64,000 bases of DNA from IMG/VR virus record IMGVR_UViG_3300020411_000002, one strand, 5' to 3'. This document shows, piece after piece, positions 36,884 through 46,224 of this stretch. Every line of letters starts with the position of its first letter. Position 1 is the stretch's first letter. The notes beneath the pieces were generated by a model. That model worked only from the letters and a program-made list of their open reading frames with translations, was not told where the DNA came from and ran no database searches. A program made the translations under genes and the position numbers. Source of the stretch: a virus. Its lineage: Duplodnaviria; Caudoviricetes.

Positions 36884-39800
36884 AAGAATTCGCAAGTCTT
36901 CCAGTGGAAAAGATAAAGTAGATGTTAAGACTCCCGATCAACCTAAAAAGCGCAGACTCAAACGAAGAAAGCGCACAGAGGAAGTTCAGGAAATCAAAAC
37001 ATTTGAAGTCGCTCCACCTAGAGACAACTACAACCCTCTAGCTGAATTGCTAAATATGGGTGAAGCTGATGATTCAGAATCAGAAGATTTATCTTTCCTC
37101 GACGAAAAAGAGCAGGAGTATAACCCTCTAGATGACGGTGAAGCCATAGACGTAATAGCTATGGTGGATGAAGTAATAGAGAACGATACTCTTGTTGCTC
37201 CTGACTTACGACTCGATGACTCTAGTTGTCCCGAAGCTCCAAACGTTTTTGATTGGATGATTAGTGACAAGTTTTTAGGATGTGAACCTCCGTACTTAGA
37301 ACAAGCACTTATCTGTATACAGTTATTCGCTGAGTATTGTGTAGCCAAAGGAAGTTACATATATACAGACAAGGGCTTGCAGACAATAGAAGATGCACTT
37401 GGCAATCCTGATAAGAAAGGAATGTATGAATGTAGCTTTTCTACAGTCGGTCTGTCGGGTATAAAAGAAGCTACATACGGTGGTATGACTTCTAAACGTA
37501 GAAAGTGTTTAAAAGTATCTTATGCTAATGGTAAAAGTGTTATTGTAACACCTGAGCATAAAATACTTAAACTCAATAAAAACTATTCTTTCAGTTGGGT
37601 GGAAGCTAGACACTTGGATGTAGGGGATGTCGGTGTATCTAAATTAGGTCAGAATTTATTTCCTGTAAACGCATACCGATTAGTATTTGAAGACGTAGAA
37701 CCTTCAAGACTCTATACGCATACTTCTGGACAAGTAGTAGACAATAACAATTCAGGTAAAGATTTTAGTATACCTGAATTAATGACTAATGAGCTTGCTA
37801 GGCTTATAGGGTACTTGATAAGTGATGGTTCAGTTGCTAGACAAGGCAATTCTATAGACTTTACCTCCTTGACAGATTCAGGTTTAGCAGACGATTTTGT
37901 TTACTGCATTAAATCTGTTTTTGGATTAGATTGTAAAACAACTACAGACAATTGGAAACCTAACAGTACCCGTCCTTATTCTTACGTTCAAGTTCATAGT
38001 AGAAAACTAGTTAGATTTTTTAATAGCTTAGGTGTAAGTGGGCTTTGCTACGATAAAACAATTCCTAAGTGCATTTTAGAATCTACGCGAGAACACGTTA
38101 TTGAATGTTTACGTGCTATAATGGATTGCGACGGCTGGACAGACTATAAAGTAGGTATAGTTCTTTCTAGTCAAAAAGCTGTAAAACAAATGCAACTTCT
38201 ATTCGATAACTTAGGGTTATACGGCAAGTATAGGGAATATGTAGATACAGGAAGTGCTGTTTCTCATAGAGAACATGACGATCCTAAAAATCTTAGAGCA
38301 GAATGGGTTCTTAGGTCTTGTCCAACACAGTTCGCTTCAATTATTGGAACGCGAAACAATTTACGAAAAGATAAGTTGTTTTCCAAGACTGCTAAAGACA
38401 CATCTTTTTCCGTATCAGGTAATGGAAACTATAAACCTGGAGTAGTACCTTTTGGTAGAGAACTCTATGCATATTCAAGTACTTTGCGAGATTCTTATCA
38501 TGATAAAGGTTTGTCTTACATTAAGTATGGACGTAGAGATTCTTTTATCGTATCAAATACCTTGTCTGACCCAGACTTTGTAGATTTTTGGAATAGAAAA
38601 GATAATCGTATTTTAAGCCGACTTGAAAAGCTAGACTCCTCTAATCTTTCTTTTTCAAGAATTGTTTCTGTAGAAGATGCAGGCATACATGAGGTTTACG
38701 ATATAACTGTTCCAGATGGTGAGAACTTTCAATGTGATGGAATGATAGTTCATAATTGTCCTCGATGCAGCGATACTGAATGGATGCACATTGATAACCA
38801 TGAACCACAAGAAGGTCTTGGTGCTATCGTTGAAAAAGTGCAAATGCTTAAATTCGGTAAATGTCCTAAGTGTAAAGCAGGTCGTGCGGAAATGATACGT
38901 AGCGGTGAGCTTAACTTCTACAATGAACTAGCTGTACTAGCTGGACAGCGTAGTGGTAAGAGTATCGTTACTGCAATGGCATCAACCTATATAACCCATC
39001 GCATTCTCAAAATGCAAAAGCCAACTGAAATATTCAGAGTTGGTAAGGGGCAAATCTTACATGCTACATTCGTGGCATTGACACAGGGTCAGGCGAAAGA
39101 AACGCTTTGGGACCCTTTTCTTGGTTATATCAACAACAGTCCTTGGTTCAAGAAATATCATGCACTAATGAAATTCTATGAGCGTAAGTATCATACCGAA
39201 TTCGTGCGTGTCAAGGATATGTTCATTCACTATAAACATCGTAACTTGATTCTGTATCCTGCAGGTCCTGATAAACGTAAGCTTCGTGGTAGAACACGGG
39301 TTATTGGTGCGATAGATGAAATCGGTTGGTTCGATAACAACAAAGCAAGTAACAAGATAACGGTAGATGCTAACGGTGTGTATGAGGCTCTTGTGCGTTC
39401 ACTTGGTACTATTCGTGCATCGGAAGACAGGCTTGTTGACATTGGATACGACCAAGCACTTACTGCATATATGCTAAACATCAGTTCACCGTCTAGTATA
39501 CGTGATAAGATTTGTGAGCTAGTAAGAACGTCTATTGGTTCTAGAAAAACATTCGGTCTTCATGCTCCAACGTGGAAAATGAACCCGACTATATCTAGAA
39601 ACAGTGGATTCATTGTTGAAGAATATCGCAAAGACCCAATTACAGCCCAGCGAGACTATGGTGCTGATCCACCTCTTAGTGCTAACGCATTTATCAATAA
39701 CAAATTGCTGGTGGAAGAGGCATTCAGTAAAACGAATCGCAACTTCATTAAGTACAAGCAAGACTTTATTGTTGTTGGTAAAGAGAAGTACAGATACGGT

Positions 39801-40559
39801 GTCGTAGATAAAGTTAAGCCTGGGTCAAGCTATAGTATAATGGCACTCGATGCTGGATATACAAACAACAGCTTCTCAATGGTTGTTGGTTCTTTCAACT
39901 CGCAAGGCATACCTACTATCGAAGTTGTGTGTGAGATTATTCCTAGACCGGGAATTCCATTACACTATACAATGATTTACGAAGAAGTTATGAAGCCTAT
40001 CATTGAGGCGCGTAACGTTAGAATAGTACTTGCAGATAGATGGAACAGCTTAAAGCTTTTACATGATATTCAATTAGACTTCCAAGACGTTGATATGATT
40101 ATCAAGCAGTACAGCTTGAAGTATCAAGACTTCTGGGCAGTTAAAACAGGTCTAGAGCAATTCCAATTAATTATTCCAGCTATGAACAAAGGTTCAGAAT
40201 TGGATAAGTTGTTGCGTGACCCTCTAGATGAATATCCATACTGCTTCGACGGAAGACCTATAGAACACCTTGCATTGCAGATACTAACTGTTCAAGATAG
40301 TGGTAGAACTGTATTGAAAGGCGAAGGCGATCTAACTGACGATTCATTCAGAGCGCTAAGTTTGTTCTATTGGGGAATTCGAGACCCAGAGTATTCGGAA
40401 ATAATCTTACAGCCAATGAAAGAGTCTGAGAAACCCAAGCTGCCTATCGGAATAGCGCTACTTGGCTCTAAGACAAATTCAAGTGGTGTATCTTCACAAG
40501 CCAAACACTACAGCAGCGGTAATGGCGGCAACATTGGTCTAACTCAACGGAGAAAATAA
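36879..40559 (+). CDS. terL: Terminase large subunit (intein-containing); start uncertain (ATT 36879 vs TTG 37047)
   Basis: Walker A LAGQRSGKS, Walker B IGAIDEIGW, nuclease ALDAG and GDLTDD; frame open upstream to the TAG at 36846-36848. Confidence 0.85.
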   Translation: MRRIRKSSSGKDKVDVKTPDQPKKRRLKRRKRTEEVQEIKTFEVAPPRDNYNPLAELLNMGEADDSESEDLSFLDEKEQEYNPLDDGEAIDVIAMVDEVIENDTLVAPDLRLDDSSCPEAPNVFDWMISDKFLGCEPPYLEQALICIQLFAEYCVAKGSYIYTDKGLQTIEDALGNPDKKGMYECSFSTVGLSGIKEATYGGMTSKRRKCLKVSYANGKSVIVTPEHKILKLNKNYSFSWVEARHLDVGDVGVSKLGQNLFPVNAYRLVFEDVEPSRLYTHTSGQVVDNNNSGKDFSIPELMTNELARLIGYLISDGSVARQGNSIDFTSLTDSGLADDFVYCIKSVFGLDCKTTTDNWKPNSTRPYSYVQVHSRKLVRFFNSLGVSGLCYDKTIPKCILESTREHVIECLRAIMDCDGWTDYKVGIVLSSQKAVKQMQLLFDNLGLYGKYREYVDTGSAVSHREHDDPKNLRAEWVLRSCPTQFASIIGTRNNLRKDKLFSKTAKDTSFSVSGNGNYKPGVVPFGRELYAYSSTLRDSYHDKGLSYIKYGRRDSFIVSNTLSDPDFVDFWNRKDNRILSRLEKLDSSNLSFSRIVSVEDAGIHEVYDITVPDGENFQCDGMIVHNCPRCSDTEWMHIDNHEPQEGLGAIVEKVQMLKFGKCPKCKAGRAEMIRSGELNFYNELAVLAGQRSGKSIVTAMASTYITHRILKMQKPTEIFRVGKGQILHATFVALTQGQAKETLWDPFLGYINNSPWFKKYHALMKFYERKYHTEFVRVKDMFIHYKHRNLILYPAGPDKRKLRGRTRVIGAIDEIGWFDNNKASNKITVDANGVYEALVRSLGTIRASEDRLVDIGYDQALTAYMLNISSPSSIRDKICELVRTSIGSRKTFGLHAPTWKMNPTISRNSGFIVEEYRKDPITAQRDYGADPPLSANAFINNKLLVEEAFSKTNRNFIKYKQDFIVVGKEKYRYGVVDKVKPGSSYSIMALDAGYTNNSFSMVVGSFNSQGIPTIEVVCEIIPRPGIPLHYTMIYEEVMKPIIEARNVRIVLADRWNSLKLLHDIQLDFQDVDMIIKQYSLKYQDFWAVKTGLEQFQLIIPAMNKGSELDKLLRDPLDEYPYCFDGRPIEHLALQILTVQDSGRTVLKGEGDLTDDSFRALSLFYWGIRDPEYSEIILQPMKESEKPKLPIGIALLGSKTNSSGVSSQAKHYSSGNGGNIGLTQRRK
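37338..38756 (+). mobile_element. Intein with LAGLIDADG homing endonuclease (473 aa)
   Basis: N-terminal C(VAKGSYI), LIGYLISDGS and LRAIMDCDGW motifs, C-terminal VYDITV...IVHN followed by +1 Cys. Confidence 0.93.
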
Positions 40560-40561
40560 AA

Positions 40562-41212
40562 ATGATAGATAGGAGTACAAACTGTAAAGCGTTTTTCAGA
40601 CAGAGCGTAAAAGAATTCTTTAAGTTTGAGACAGGGAAGTTGGACTCTAAAATATATGAAGTTCACAAAGCACATAGCGAGTGGATTCTTAGTATAGGGT
40701 GGAATGATAAATCAAACTACCTTGAAAAGATCGCCATGCTCTTTAGTGAAGTGTATGAAATGTATTGCGAGTACGACAACGAGAATGAATCTCCTGAAAG
40801 AGCCTGCACCAGACAAGGGTGGGAAATATCAGATGTACTTCTACGAACTCTAAACTTTATCTACTGTTTAGACCAAGAGACAGAGGGGCAGTTGAACCTA
40901 GAAGCAATTATGTCTATCGATACAGTTATTGACAATCGATTTGAAAACTTAAATCGTGATGACTTCGTATATGAAGACTGGGCATTTGCGCTGTATACCA
41001 AACTAGGTTCACTGGTCAACTCTTTCCGTTCTTTCGACTTGAACACGGATTCGGCTATCGACAAGTTAGCTACTCTAAATCAAATAATCTACATGTGTTT
41101 AATTATGCTATCTTACCACAGAGACAAGTGGAATCTACAGTGTGACCTACTTGACCCTGTTTGGTCTAAAATAGAAAAGAACAAGCACAAAAAACTGATA
41201 AGAGACAAATGA
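40562..41212 (+). CDS. MazG-like all-alpha NTP pyrophosphohydrolase
   Basis: EKIAMLFSEVYE...WEISDVLLRTL (ExxE/ExxD) and terminal KIEKN. Confidence 0.65.
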   Translation: MIDRSTNCKAFFRQSVKEFFKFETGKLDSKIYEVHKAHSEWILSIGWNDKSNYLEKIAMLFSEVYEMYCEYDNENESPERACTRQGWEISDVLLRTLNFIYCLDQETEGQLNLEAIMSIDTVIDNRFENLNRDDFVYEDWAFALYTKLGSLVNSFRSFDLNTDSAIDKLATLNQIIYMCLIMLSYHRDKWNLQCDLLDPVWSKIEKNKHKKLIRDK

Positions 41213-41245
41213 TAATTTATCAGTAAATAAAAGGAGAGGCATAAT

Positions 41246-41467
41246 ATGCAATTTTTTAATCCATTAGAAGCAGTAAAGAAGCAAGAACCTGAAAGTACTT
41301 CAAGTGCTGAAGGCGTAGAGTCAACTAGCGCACTGTTTGAGAACAACACTCACGGTTCTTGCCCTAAATGTTCTGGACAAATGGCTATCGTAGCCGTTTC
41401 TTCAAAAGAAGACGCTTACCATTGCGCTAAATGCAGAGTGACAAACCCTCTACCTAAAAGTGTTTAA
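41246..41467 (+). CDS. Small Zn-ribbon protein
   Basis: AGGAGAGG SD; CPKC...CAKC. Confidence 0.75.
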   Translation: MQFFNPLEAVKKQEPESTSSAEGVESTSALFENNTHGSCPKCSGQMAIVAVSSKEDAYHCAKCRVTNPLPKSV

Positions 41468-41469
41468 GT

Positions 41470-43344
41470 ATGATTAACTTTAGTAACAGATACAGAAGTG
41501 GGCCCCCTACTCAAAGTAGAAAGATAACTGCGGGTGCTACAGGCACTAAGCGCTTGTCTGACTCACAGGTGTATCAGGAAAAAGATAGCCAACGCATAGC
41601 TGCACTAGCTAAGCGAGCAGGTTTATCAAGTACCAGTGATGCTATTCCTAGCGTTACTCAAATGCCGTTAAATATCGATACTGACCCTTTGATGGAAGGT
41701 ATGGATTACGACTTACATGACAAAGTTCTGTTTAATGTGTATCGTGATATGTACTGGCATGACCCTGTTTGTGGATCTGCTGTAGATATGTTTAGTACTT
41801 TACCGTTCAGTGAATTCTCTATCGGCGGTGCGAATGATAAGTTCCTTGATGCTTACCGTTCTGCAATTGAAGTACTAAACTTACGTAACATATTCTCCGA
41901 AATCTCTATTGACTATAAAGTTACTGGAGGTTTCTGCGGCAGTTTGTTGCACAACAAGCAATCTAAAAAGTTTATTGACTTGATGTGTCACAGATTAGAC
42001 AGCTTGGAAATCCACCAGCTATTTGCTTACGGACAAGACCCTATCATCATTCTAGAAATGGATAGAGAACTTCGTAAGACACTGCAAATGGAAAGCCCGC
42101 GTATTGAACGATTGAAGAAGAGCGTAGGTGAAGAGTTCTTTAACAAGCTAATGACTGATAGACTAGAGCTAGACCCTATCAGTACGCTATACGTGCCGCG
42201 TAGAACATTCACCCACTCTAACCCTACAAGTTACTTCAAGCGTGTACTTCCGATTTGGTTAATTGAAAAGAATCTTTATCGTGGTACATTGATTGAGTCA
42301 GGGCGTAGACAACGTGGTATCATGCATCTTCAAATTGGTGATGGTGATCAGTGGGAGCCGGGCCCAGAAGATTTTGAAATAATCTCAAACATGTTTACCA
42401 ATGCAGACGCTGACCCGATTGGTGCTGTAGTTGCGACACGACTAGGTGTTGCCGTAGACGAGCTTAGACAAGGTGGTGACTTCTGGAAAGTTACCGACTT
42501 GTGGAACGAAACTACATTCGTTAAAATGCGGGCACTTGGTATCTCAGAAGCATTCCTTTCTGGTGATGCATCTTACGCAAACATGGAAGGGTCTCTTACG
42601 GTCTTCGTTGAATCTATGAGAGCTTTCCGCGACAACTTAACACGCCGTATCTTCTACTCTAAAGTGTTTCCACTGGTAGCAATGATGCAAGGCTATACAA
42701 TCAATAAGCGTGGTAAGATTGTACAGAAAGAAGGTCTAATGCAGCAAGACAGCGAAGACATTCTACGTACTATGAATGATGGAAGTAAGTTATTTATACC
42801 TACTGTTCACTGGGCTAAGCAACTTAAACCAGAAGCAGATCAACAGTACATGGATATGTTACGCAGTCTTCAAGAAATGGGTGTTCCTGTTCCGCTACGT
42901 GCTATGGCGGCTGCTGGTGGATTCAACTTGGATTCGTTAATCAACAACCGCGAAGAAGACCTAGCTTTGCAGAAGCAGATTAACGACTATCAAGACGCAC
43001 TATCTAAGCTTAAACCTGCTGGTGCTGATGATGGTATGGGTGGTGGCGGTGGCTTTGGATCGTTCTCGTCTACATCAAGACCTAATGGGTTCAAGAGTCG
43101 TGTACTCGATGGATACAAACGCCAACCTAAACTGTACGAGCGTGACTTCGGTGAAGCAAGTGAGATTTATACAGTAAGTAAGTCTGGGCGCAAGAAGCAA
43201 CACGTATTCAGACAAGCAGTAGCTAATGAGAAAGCTAACGATAACATAGCAAAAGCGTTACGTAGCTTAGACCCAAATGCTAAGGCAGTATCTCATTTAT
43301 ACCAAGCAACGTCTACGGCTAAAAAGAACAAATCTAAGAAATGA
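41470..43344 (+). CDS. Probable portal protein
   Basis: 624 aa, close downstream of terL; YRDMYWHDPVCGSAVDMFSTLPF recalled from jumbo-phage portals; Gly-rich linker and basic tail. Confidence 0.6.
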   Translation: MINFSNRYRSGPPTQSRKITAGATGTKRLSDSQVYQEKDSQRIAALAKRAGLSSTSDAIPSVTQMPLNIDTDPLMEGMDYDLHDKVLFNVYRDMYWHDPVCGSAVDMFSTLPFSEFSIGGANDKFLDAYRSAIEVLNLRNIFSEISIDYKVTGGFCGSLLHNKQSKKFIDLMCHRLDSLEIHQLFAYGQDPIIILEMDRELRKTLQMESPRIERLKKSVGEEFFNKLMTDRLELDPISTLYVPRRTFTHSNPTSYFKRVLPIWLIEKNLYRGTLIESGRRQRGIMHLQIGDGDQWEPGPEDFEIISNMFTNADADPIGAVVATRLGVAVDELRQGGDFWKVTDLWNETTFVKMRALGISEAFLSGDASYANMEGSLTVFVESMRAFRDNLTRRIFYSKVFPLVAMMQGYTINKRGKIVQKEGLMQQDSEDILRTMNDGSKLFIPTVHWAKQLKPEADQQYMDMLRSLQEMGVPVPLRAMAAAGGFNLDSLINNREEDLALQKQINDYQDALSKLKPAGADDGMGGGGGFGSFSSTSRPNGFKSRVLDGYKRQPKLYERDFGEASEIYTVSKSGRKKQHVFRQAVANEKANDNIAKALRSLDPNAKAVSHLYQATSTAKKNKSKK

Positions 43345-44285
43345 TTGAAAAGCAACTTGATACGCTAAAGACTAGACAGATACTAGGTTTGGTCTTTAGC
43401 TATCTTTTTAAACGGCATATTACTCGCTTGCGTCAGAGAGCGACTGAGCTTAAAAACGATTTGTTCTACCGTCCATTAGGTCGTATTACTGTAACATACC
43501 ACTCTATTTCTGATAAACTGTTCAGTAAGATGTATGACAAAGGAATCCTTAAAAAGCCTCGTGATAGTCTGGAAGTAGAGTTTGATAGAAAAACAGATAT
43601 CTGCTTCAACAAGATTCTAATACCCAAACTTCTTACTTTGTGTCAGGAAAAAGAGCAAGGCAATAGTTATATATTGGCTGTGCAAAATAGCTCACCTTGT
43701 TTCTCAGCGCTTGGCGGTTATCTCTATAAAGATTACATAAACAGAAACGAATTTGAAATATCTAATTTTCCGTATAGTAAAAGCTTTGTAGGAGGTAATG
43801 CAGTAAACTCTATTTGGTCGAAGAACCTTAAAACCTCTTTCGATAAAGATTTCGAAAAGATGATACTCGATTCTATGGATATCGATGTTCCGTATTCTAT
43901 AAGCCCTAATAGTCATGCGTACTACAGTAGAGGTTTTATTAACATTGCACATTGGTTCACTGTTATAATGATGCAGAACGAACAAGTTGATTTCTTTATA
44001 GAAAGGTTCTTACGGTCTTATATGCGACTAGTACATTTAGAGCAAAGAAAGTTAAACGTATCAAGTCCTTACATTGCCAATCTTGTTAAGAAGTGGGAAT
44101 CTGATTTGGTACAAGACTTTACGCTTGGTGTTACTTTGATAGGGTTGTCCGAATACGCTGTAATGTATAACTCGTTGCCTACGACTATTAGAACTCGCGT
44201 TCCAGCATTCAAGGCACGAAACAGTTATGAACGTCAAGGTGTGTATCGACCACCTATTCAGAAATTTGAGGAATTAAGACAGTGA
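43341..44285 (+). CDS. Hypothetical protein with weak resemblance to part of the class III RNR (NrdD) barrel
   Basis: SNFPY, DVPYSI, GFINIAHW, FTLGVTLIGLSEY colinear with NrdD segments; no catalytic motifs seen. Confidence 0.3.
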   Translation: MIEKQLDTLKTRQILGLVFSYLFKRHITRLRQRATELKNDLFYRPLGRITVTYHSISDKLFSKMYDKGILKKPRDSLEVEFDRKTDICFNKILIPKLLTLCQEKEQGNSYILAVQNSSPCFSALGGYLYKDYINRNEFEISNFPYSKSFVGGNAVNSIWSKNLKTSFDKDFEKMILDSMDIDVPYSISPNSHAYYSRGFINIAHWFTVIMMQNEQVDFFIERFLRSYMRLVHLEQRKLNVSSPYIANLVKKWESDLVQDFTLGVTLIGLSEYAVMYNSLPTTIRTRVPAFKARNSYERQGVYRPPIQKFEELRQ

Positions 44286-44674
44286 TATCTTTAAGTAAAG
44301 ATTTAGAAAATCCTGATTTGTTTAGAGAATGGCAGGCTGCTAACCCAGACTCTGTATTTAGAATTCTTGTTCAGGAGAAAACACTACTTCAGTGCGGAAT
44401 GTTAGCAACGTTTTACGTTGAAGACGATGACGTTAAGTATAGATTTGCACCTATACGGTCCTTTTCTTCTGAGATTGATTACTCAGTTTTTGACAAGTCT
44501 AAATTTGAACTAATTAACAAGTCAACTGACATTCCTGTAGAACTCTTTCAACCGTTTGGAATGTTTCACTTGCGATTTGGTATGTGGAAGAAAGGTTACG
44601 CTACTGGCAAGTGTTTTGTAGTCGATAGTTACGATAGGTCAATTAAGCCATTTGGTATTGATTATGAATCTTAG
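44282..44674 (+). CDS. Hypothetical protein
   Basis: GTGA overlap; 130 aa. Confidence 0.7.
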   Translation: MISLSKDLENPDLFREWQAANPDSVFRILVQEKTLLQCGMLATFYVEDDDVKYRFAPIRSFSSEIDYSVFDKSKFELINKSTDIPVELFQPFGMFHLRFGMWKKGYATGKCFVVDSYDRSIKPFGIDYES

Positions 44675-44942
44675 TGCGTGGTACTCAGAAAAATTCAACA
44701 AACCCGAAAAAGACTATCTAGATGAATCGAATAAAATAGATTTGTCTATGTTAGAAATTGATCAACTGATAAAGTTTACTAAAGCCCTAGCGGATGAAGT
44801 AGGCTCAAAGCTGTACGACCAAGAAAAAGAGTTACCAGTTAATATAGGTGACCCAGACTTTGCGTACTTATTTTATTTTACTGTGCTTGCAAGCTCTAAT
44901 AAAAAGATTCTTGAGGCATTACACAATTCAATGGAGCGATAA
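44652..44942 (+). CDS. Hypothetical protein (start uncertain)
   Basis: 96-aa ORF. Confidence 0.65.
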   Translation: MVLIMNLSAWYSEKFNKPEKDYLDESNKIDLSMLEIDQLIKFTKALADEVGSKLYDQEKELPVNIGDPDFAYLFYFTVLASSNKKILEALHNSMER

Positions 44943-44944
44943 AC

Positions 44945-45388
44945 ATGTCTGACGAATTATTTTCATCATACGATTACAACCCTGAACAGACTTCACTCGT
45001 TGTACTTACTAACGACTACGGTTTCGATTTTGTATTTTCATCATTTGAAGATTGGCTTGGCGAAGAGCGAGTTCAAGAATATCTTGATGATGAATACGAT
45101 AAGTCCGAGCTTCTGGGTGATGTGTATTCTTATCTATCTCTTTTAATTACTGAATTAGCCGAATCTGATGACAGCTTCATGATGATCACTCAGTCTTTGC
45201 GTATCGGTTCAGTTCTTATTGTTACAGTAGAGCTTTCGGCTGACGCACTTAAAGAGTTAGGTGACCAGTATTCTAACTCTAGTGAAATCGAAGCAATGGT
45301 CTTTACTGATGAAGATGAAGACGGCGTTCCTGCCGACGAAGACGATGATGAAGACGAGGAAGACGAGGAAGACGAGTGGAAGGTCTAG
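44945..45388 (+). CDS. Acidic hypothetical protein
   Basis: GGAG SD; DEDDDEDEEDEEDE tail. Confidence 0.8.
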   Translation: MSDELFSSYDYNPEQTSLVVLTNDYGFDFVFSSFEDWLGEERVQEYLDDEYDKSELLGDVYSYLSLLITELAESDDSFMMITQSLRIGSVLIVTVELSADALKELGDQYSNSSEIEAMVFTDEDEDGVPADEDDDEDEEDEEDEWKV

Positions 45389-45690
45389 TAAGACTTTTTA
45401 CTCAACAATGTCTTAGCGTTCACAACATTAGAACCAATGACAAACAGGGTATTATTACAGTTGCTTTAGTATCTGGAAACAAAGCAGATGCAGACAAGTA
45501 TAAAGAATCAATCTTTTACTCTTACGAGCAATTGTATCCTCTAGAGTATCCTAAAAACTTCATCGTAGTTTACTTAAATGGGAATCTGTTTAACGATAAC
45601 TATCAATCTGTATATGACTGGGTTTCTAGTATGATAGAATCCAAACGAATAGACAGTGACAAAGAAGTTGTCTATGGTTACGAAAAATAA
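45376..45690 (+). CDS. Hypothetical protein
   Basis: 104-aa ORF overlapping its neighbours. Confidence 0.6.
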   Translation: MEGLVRLFTQQCLSVHNIRTNDKQGIITVALVSGNKADADKYKESIFYSYEQLYPLEYPKNFIVVYLNGNLFNDNYQSVYDWVSSMIESKRIDSDKEVVYGYEK

Positions 45691-46192
45691 AATAGAAGCA
45701 GTGGCCCGTTGTGGCTGCTGCTTTGATTCTCCACAGCATTGTCAAATACATAATGAACCGTACGTATCGTATGGTAACACACATAATAAAAAACTACGTC
45801 ACAACTCTGTAGGCTTAGACCTCTTTCGCTCCTCTCTTAATTCCTTTCTAGACCTTCATATCTTTTCTGATAATGTTATTGTAGAGAATCCGACTAAATC
45901 GCAGTTGCGCATTCTTAAACGTAATGTAAGAAATCTCATTGTTATTGGTACTGGTAAAAACCGAATAGGTTCAATTCCTTTCTATTCTACACATAAGCAA
46001 ATTGACTACGATTCTCTAGAGCAATTCATGATGCTTCACGGTCGTGCAGGATATAGTTGGTTTAACTTATCATACGGGTCTTTTTATCAGTATGCTATGG
46101 ACATTGTACACACGCCATATTTACCAGTGTATAGAATATTCAAATCTCAGTCTTACAGGGACACGATGTTGAATATTAAAAACTGTAAATAG
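45656..46192 (+). CDS. Hypothetical protein with N-terminal Cys/His cluster
   Basis: CGCC...HCQIH. Confidence 0.65.
   Translation: MTKKLSMVTKNKIEAVARCGCCFDSPQHCQIHNEPYVSYGNTHNKKLRHNSVGLDLFRSSLNSFLDLHIFSDNVIVENPTKSQLRILKRNVRNLIVIGTGKNRIGSIPFYSTHKQIDYDSLEQFMMLHGRAGYSWFNLSYGSFYQYAMDIVHTPYLPVYRIFKSQSYRDTMLNIKNCK
46184..46191 (+). promoter_or_regulatory. Motif-B (AAAAACTGTAAATA)
   Basis: At the end of ORF 45656, 33 nt upstream of the exonuclease start. Confidence 0.5.
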
Positions 46193-46224
46193 AACTATAA
46201 GAATCAAAGAAGTGAACAAACATC

